IMG/VR virus record: IMGVR_UViG_3300045988_134583
Location: 1-64,000 of that record
Strand: one strand, 5' to 3'
DNA length: 64,000 nt
From: a virus
Shown here: in pieces, positions 61,501 to 64,000 of the stretch
Position numbering within the stretch: the stretch's first letter is position 1
Layout of the letters: every line of letters begins with the position of its first letter
Program-made: the position numbers and the translations under genes
The notes under the pieces: model-generated
Databases searched by the model: none
What the model was told of the DNA's origin: nothing
What the model saw: only the letters and a program-made list of their open reading frames with translations

Positions 61501-61612
61501 GGTCTGCATACTCTATCTTCTGATAGTGACGAAGGGAAAGCCCCAAAGCGTCCGCAATAGACTGCTGGGTGTATCCGTGTTCTTCCCGGGCTTTTTTCAG
61601 TTTGCTCCGCAT
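61391..61612 (-). CDS. XRE-family HTH regulator (73 aa)
   Basis: LKKAREEHGYTQQSIADALGLSLRHYQKIE. Its 3' end overlaps 61225..61500 by 110 nt (convergent). Confidence 0.65.
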   Translation of the reverse strand: MRSKLKKAREEHGYTQQSIADALGLSLRHYQKIEYADLNGSFEVWDALEDILGVHQRILRENEDNHPVRAGSR

Positions 61613-61623
61613 GACCGGCCTCC

Positions 61624-61845
61624 TTATGCATCCTCAAAAAACTTAGTAACGGGAACCCGCATCTTCTTTGCAATGCTGTCCAGCTCCCCTAATGTTATGT
61701 CCGCAGGATTCTTTCGCCTGCGTTCCAGTGTTCTGCCGGAAAATCGTGCCCAAAGAGAAAGCTCGGCGTCGCTTACCCCTCGAATCTTGGCGTTGTACTC
61801 TACGGACGCAAGCACTCGTTCCGGTGCGGTAGTCTTGCTGGCCAT
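61624..61845 (-). CDS. small HTH-like protein (73 aa)
   Basis: ITLGELDSIAKKMRVPVTKFFE resembles the end of an XRE-like domain. Confidence 0.45.
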   Translation of the reverse strand: MASKTTAPERVLASVEYNAKIRGVSDAELSLWARFSGRTLERRRKNPADITLGELDSIAKKMRVPVTKFFEDA

Positions 61846-61856
61846 CCCTTCCCCTC

Positions 61857-62141
61857 CTATCCGGCTGTGCGGGCTTTTCTCTCCGCAGCGTCCTTTTTAA
61901 GCTGCTTGTCTGCAATGTGCAGGGTGTTCTCAATGTTCTTGAGTTTCCGGCGCATAAGCGTTTTTTCCGTGTCCTCCTGCATTGGTTCGGACTGATCGAA
62001 TATAGAGTCGGAGATATTGCCCAGAGTGACCGCATAGCCCTTTACGAGCGTTACAAGGGCTTTCATGTTCCGGGCATGTTCCGAGCAGGATCCTTTGTCG
62101 TCAAAGGTTACGATGTTGCCGTTCTTAATGATGATCTTCAC
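61857..62141 (-). CDS. hypothetical protein (94 aa)
   Basis: ORF with a 4-nt overlap to the upstream gene. Confidence 0.45.
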   Translation of the reverse strand: MKIIIKNGNIVTFDDKGSCSEHARNMKALVTLVKGYAVTLGNISDSIFDQSEPMQEDTEKTLMRRKLKNIENTLHIADKQLKKDAAERKARTAG

Positions 62142-62935
62142 TGGTTTTTACCTCCCTTAAAAATTGCTTTTCCGTTGATCCTGAAATCTTCGATAATGTT
62201 TCTGTAAATCTTGGAGAAATGGGCTTTGCCCTGCGGGGTAATCATCGTGCGCTTTCCTACATGGCCTGTAGATGCTTGGAAGTCTTTGAGGACGAAGTAA
62301 CCGGCGTTCTTATTGGCGTTAGGTCTGAACTCTCTCGTGCGGCCTGTAGTGCGGTAGATATATTCGCTATCCAGCAGGAGGTTGATAAAGGCGCGTTCCG
62401 GAAGTCCTATCTGCTTTGCGGTGTCCCGGAAGTTGCTGAGGGAAGCATCCGCATGAATGAAGCTATCGTAGTAATCGGCCTTGGGGAGCATCTGCTCGTT
62501 CTCGTATTGGAGCGCTGCCGTTTTCTTCCGTTCTTCCTTTAAGGCGGTAAGGAGCTGGATGCCAAACTCCGGGGAAGCGATCATCTGATCTACTACGTTG
62601 GGTGTGATGTATGCACCGTGCTTGCGGATGGAGGGGATAACCTCGTCGAATACCCAACGCTCGAATTTTTCTGCGGATGGGAGTTTGCTGTGTGCGATAA
62701 GACGATAGACATTTCCTTCTGTAATGAACTTCGCCTGCTGCTCTCTACCCATGCTGTCTATGACTGGGCAAATTGCCCACCCATCTTCCTTGCAGTGCAG
62801 CTTTATTGCCTTTGCAGTATCTGCATACCCGAGTGCCCTCGCAACATCTGTTCCGCAGAAAAGAATCTGTCCGTTTTTCTCGATCGTTCGTACAGAGCCG
62901 AAGTCGTTGTTCTTGAAGATTTGAATGTCTACCAT
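62138..62935 (-). CDS. antirepressor (Bro-N plus C-terminal DNA-binding-like domain)
   Basis: Start at MVDIQIF after AAAGGAGAAG. FKNNDFGSVRTIEKNGQILFCGTDVARALGY...YRLIAHSKLPSAEKFERWVFDEVIPSIRKHG. Confidence 0.8.
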   Translation of the reverse strand: MVDIQIFKNNDFGSVRTIEKNGQILFCGTDVARALGYADTAKAIKLHCKEDGWAICPVIDSMGREQQAKFITEGNVYRLIAHSKLPSAEKFERWVFDEVIPSIRKHGAYITPNVVDQMIASPEFGIQLLTALKEERKKTAALQYENEQMLPKADYYDSFIHADASLSNFRDTAKQIGLPERAFINLLLDSEYIYRTTGRTREFRPNANKNAGYFVLKDFQASTGHVGKRTMITPQGKAHFSKIYRNIIEDFRINGKAIFKGGKNQ

Positions 62936-62949
62936 TGATGCTTCTCCTT

Positions 62950-63087
62950 TTAGTCGTGTGTACACTCCCGCAGTATTTGCAGGATAAAGGCGTTCATCGT
63001 CAGTCCTTCATATGCGGCTTCACTCTTGATAATTTCATAAAGCCAATCCGGAACCGCTATTCCAATTCGTTTCTTGTTCGTCACCAT
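62950..63087 (-). CDS. ribbon-helix-helix protein (45 aa)
   Basis: MVTNKKRIGIAVPDWLYEIIKSEAAYEGLTMNAFILQILRECTHD. GGAGGTG RBS. Below the track cutoff. Confidence 0.45.
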   Translation of the reverse strand: MVTNKKRIGIAVPDWLYEIIKSEAAYEGLTMNAFILQILRECTHD

Positions 63088-63198
63088 TTCGTCACCTCCT
63101 GATATCATTATATCGTTGCGTCACTTTTGCGTCAATACCTTTTTTTGTTTTTATTTTGAGATATAATGGCGCAAAATAGACGCAAGGAGGATTTCACA

Positions 63199-63381
63199 AT
63201 GCCGTCAATCATGCCTCGCTACACTCTGCGTATCTCTAAAATCCTGCTGGACAAGATCGGATATATCGCAGAAGAAAACGGACGCTCCGCCAACCGTGAG
63301 ATCGAGCTGCTGATAAAGCAACGTATCAAGGAGTATGAACAAGAGAACGGTGTGATCTCGCCCACTGATTTAGAGCGATAA
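63199..63381 (+). CDS. Arc/MetJ-type ribbon-helix-helix protein (60 aa)
   Basis: Start at MPSIMPRYTLRISKILLDKIGYIAEENGRSANREIELLI after AAGGAGG. Confidence 0.6.
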   Translation: MPSIMPRYTLRISKILLDKIGYIAEENGRSANREIELLIKQRIKEYEQENGVISPTDLER

Positions 63382-63511
63382 GAATTGTCTGATTCATGGT
63401 CATGCCACTTTCTTCCGCTTTACTGCGGATAAGCGCATCCATTTCATCATTCATCCGGAGCGTCAGCCGAACCCGCCTGGGTTCGGAATTTTTGCATGAT
63501 TTACCTTTCAT
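63326..63511 (-). CDS. ribbon-helix-helix (CopG-like) protein (61 aa)
   Basis: RVRLTLRMNDEMDALIRSKAEESGMTMNQTILIALNQ. Convergent 56-nt overlap with 63199..63381. Confidence 0.5.
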   Translation of the reverse strand: MKGKSCKNSEPRRVRLTLRMNDEMDALIRSKAEESGMTMNQTILIALNQWARSHRSLVHTP

Positions 63512-63582
63512 AGTTATTCCTTTCCGAATGAAATTGCTGTCCCTAAAAATTCTTCTCTATGCCCTAACACTCCACGTCAGGG

Positions 63583-63984
63583 TTACAATTTAATCAAATC
63601 TTTTTTTGCAAGAGATTCTATCAGCATAATGACCAGCGCTTGTTCTCTTGCGGGAAGGGAAGAATACAGGGTTACGGCCTCCTGCTCTGCTTTGTTTCGT
63701 TCCAAAAATCGTCCGACGCCATCTAACTCTTCATCAGACAATCCCTTCATTTTGGGAAGGAGAGAAATGGTCTTATCGGAGTACATCTTCGTATCCGCAT
63801 CTTTTCCGGTAACAAGATATTCTACGGAAACTCCGAACACTTTAGCCGCCGTTACCAGCTTATCTCCCGTAGGAGAATTGTTAGCCCATCTGGTGAAAGT
63901 GTTTTTGCCGAAGCCGCACATTCTTTCTGCGGCAGACAAGGACATGCCTCTTTCTGCACACAAACCTTCGATACGCTTTTTCAA
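63583..63984 (-). CDS. XRE-family HTH regulator with C-terminal extension (133 aa; CI-like candidate)
   Basis: LCAERGMSLSAAERMCGFGKNTFTRWANN...AAKVFGVSVEYLVTG followed by a 65-aa tail. Confidence 0.75.
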   Translation of the reverse strand: MKKRIEGLCAERGMSLSAAERMCGFGKNTFTRWANNSPTGDKLVTAAKVFGVSVEYLVTGKDADTKMYSDKTISLLPKMKGLSDEELDGVGRFLERNKAEQEAVTLYSSLPAREQALVIMLIESLAKKDLIKL

Positions 63985-64000
63985 TCCGGTATTTCCTGCC

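Larger units (their letters stand above)
1..64000. mobile_element. Temperate siphovirus-like phage genome segment (prophage or permuted phage contig), Gram-positive/Bacillota-type host
   Basis: Contiguous phage modules: immunity/HTH cluster, recombination, replication, terminase-portal-capsid, 1639-aa tape measure, tail fibres, holin-endolysin, tyrosine integrase. No host housekeeping genes. GGAGG-type RBSs. Confidence 0.85.

Noticed and set aside
1-64000. Diversity-generating retroelement or retron associated with the tail-fibre genes or the non-coding regions
   Set aside because: No reverse-transcriptase-like ORF (YxDD motif context) was seen in any frame, and I noticed no template/variable repeat pair near the fibre genes.

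Overview
The whole 64-kb window reads as one temperate, siphovirus-like phage, either a prophage or a circularly permuted phage contig. The host looks Gram-positive (Bacillota-type): GGAGG-type ribosome-binding sites, a Dp-1-like holin, an NlpC/P60+SH3 endolysin, and lipoprotein and sortase-like genes. No host housekeeping genes are visible and no att boundary could be placed. On the minus strand from 64.0 to 19.2 kb the order is: a dense XRE/RHH regulatory hub with Bro-N antirepressors, a phage sigma factor, YqaJ-RecT recombination genes, a replisome organizer plus DnaC-like loader, and a RuvC-like resolvase. These are followed by terminase, portal, head, tail (1639-aa tape measure), tail-fibre and lysis genes, with two tRNAs embedded. 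The 19.1-10.8 kb stretch is an accessory island with a tyrosine integrase, two Bro-N genes, a promoter-to-terminator membrane/lipoprotein cassette and twin RHH modules. The 10.8-0 kb stretch holds two divergent operons of small unknown genes (Lar-like, DUF551-like, PAPS-reductase-like) around a 1.7-kb non-coding region. The most notable items are: (1) a self-contained type I-C-like repeat-spacer-repeat unit with its own promoter and terminator and no cas genes (mini-CRISPR array or RNA anti-CRISPR decoy); (2) a complete ToxN/AbiQ type III toxin-antitoxin module with a 36-37-nt antitoxin repeat array; (3) a second, unrelated 37-nt tandem repeat with compensatory hairpin changes on the other side of toxN; (4) perfect palindromes conserved inside diverged 87-bp in-frame repeats of a Bro-N gene; (5) an 11-mer (TATGCGCAGAG) bracketing accessory modules; (6) a secreted sortase-like gene coupled into the tail-fibre operon; (7) GC-rich structured non-coding RNA candidates next to tRNAs; (8) duplicated late-promoter modules and an intragenic ori-like palindrome nest. 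All functional calls rest on motifs read by eye and recalled family signatures. No database search was run.
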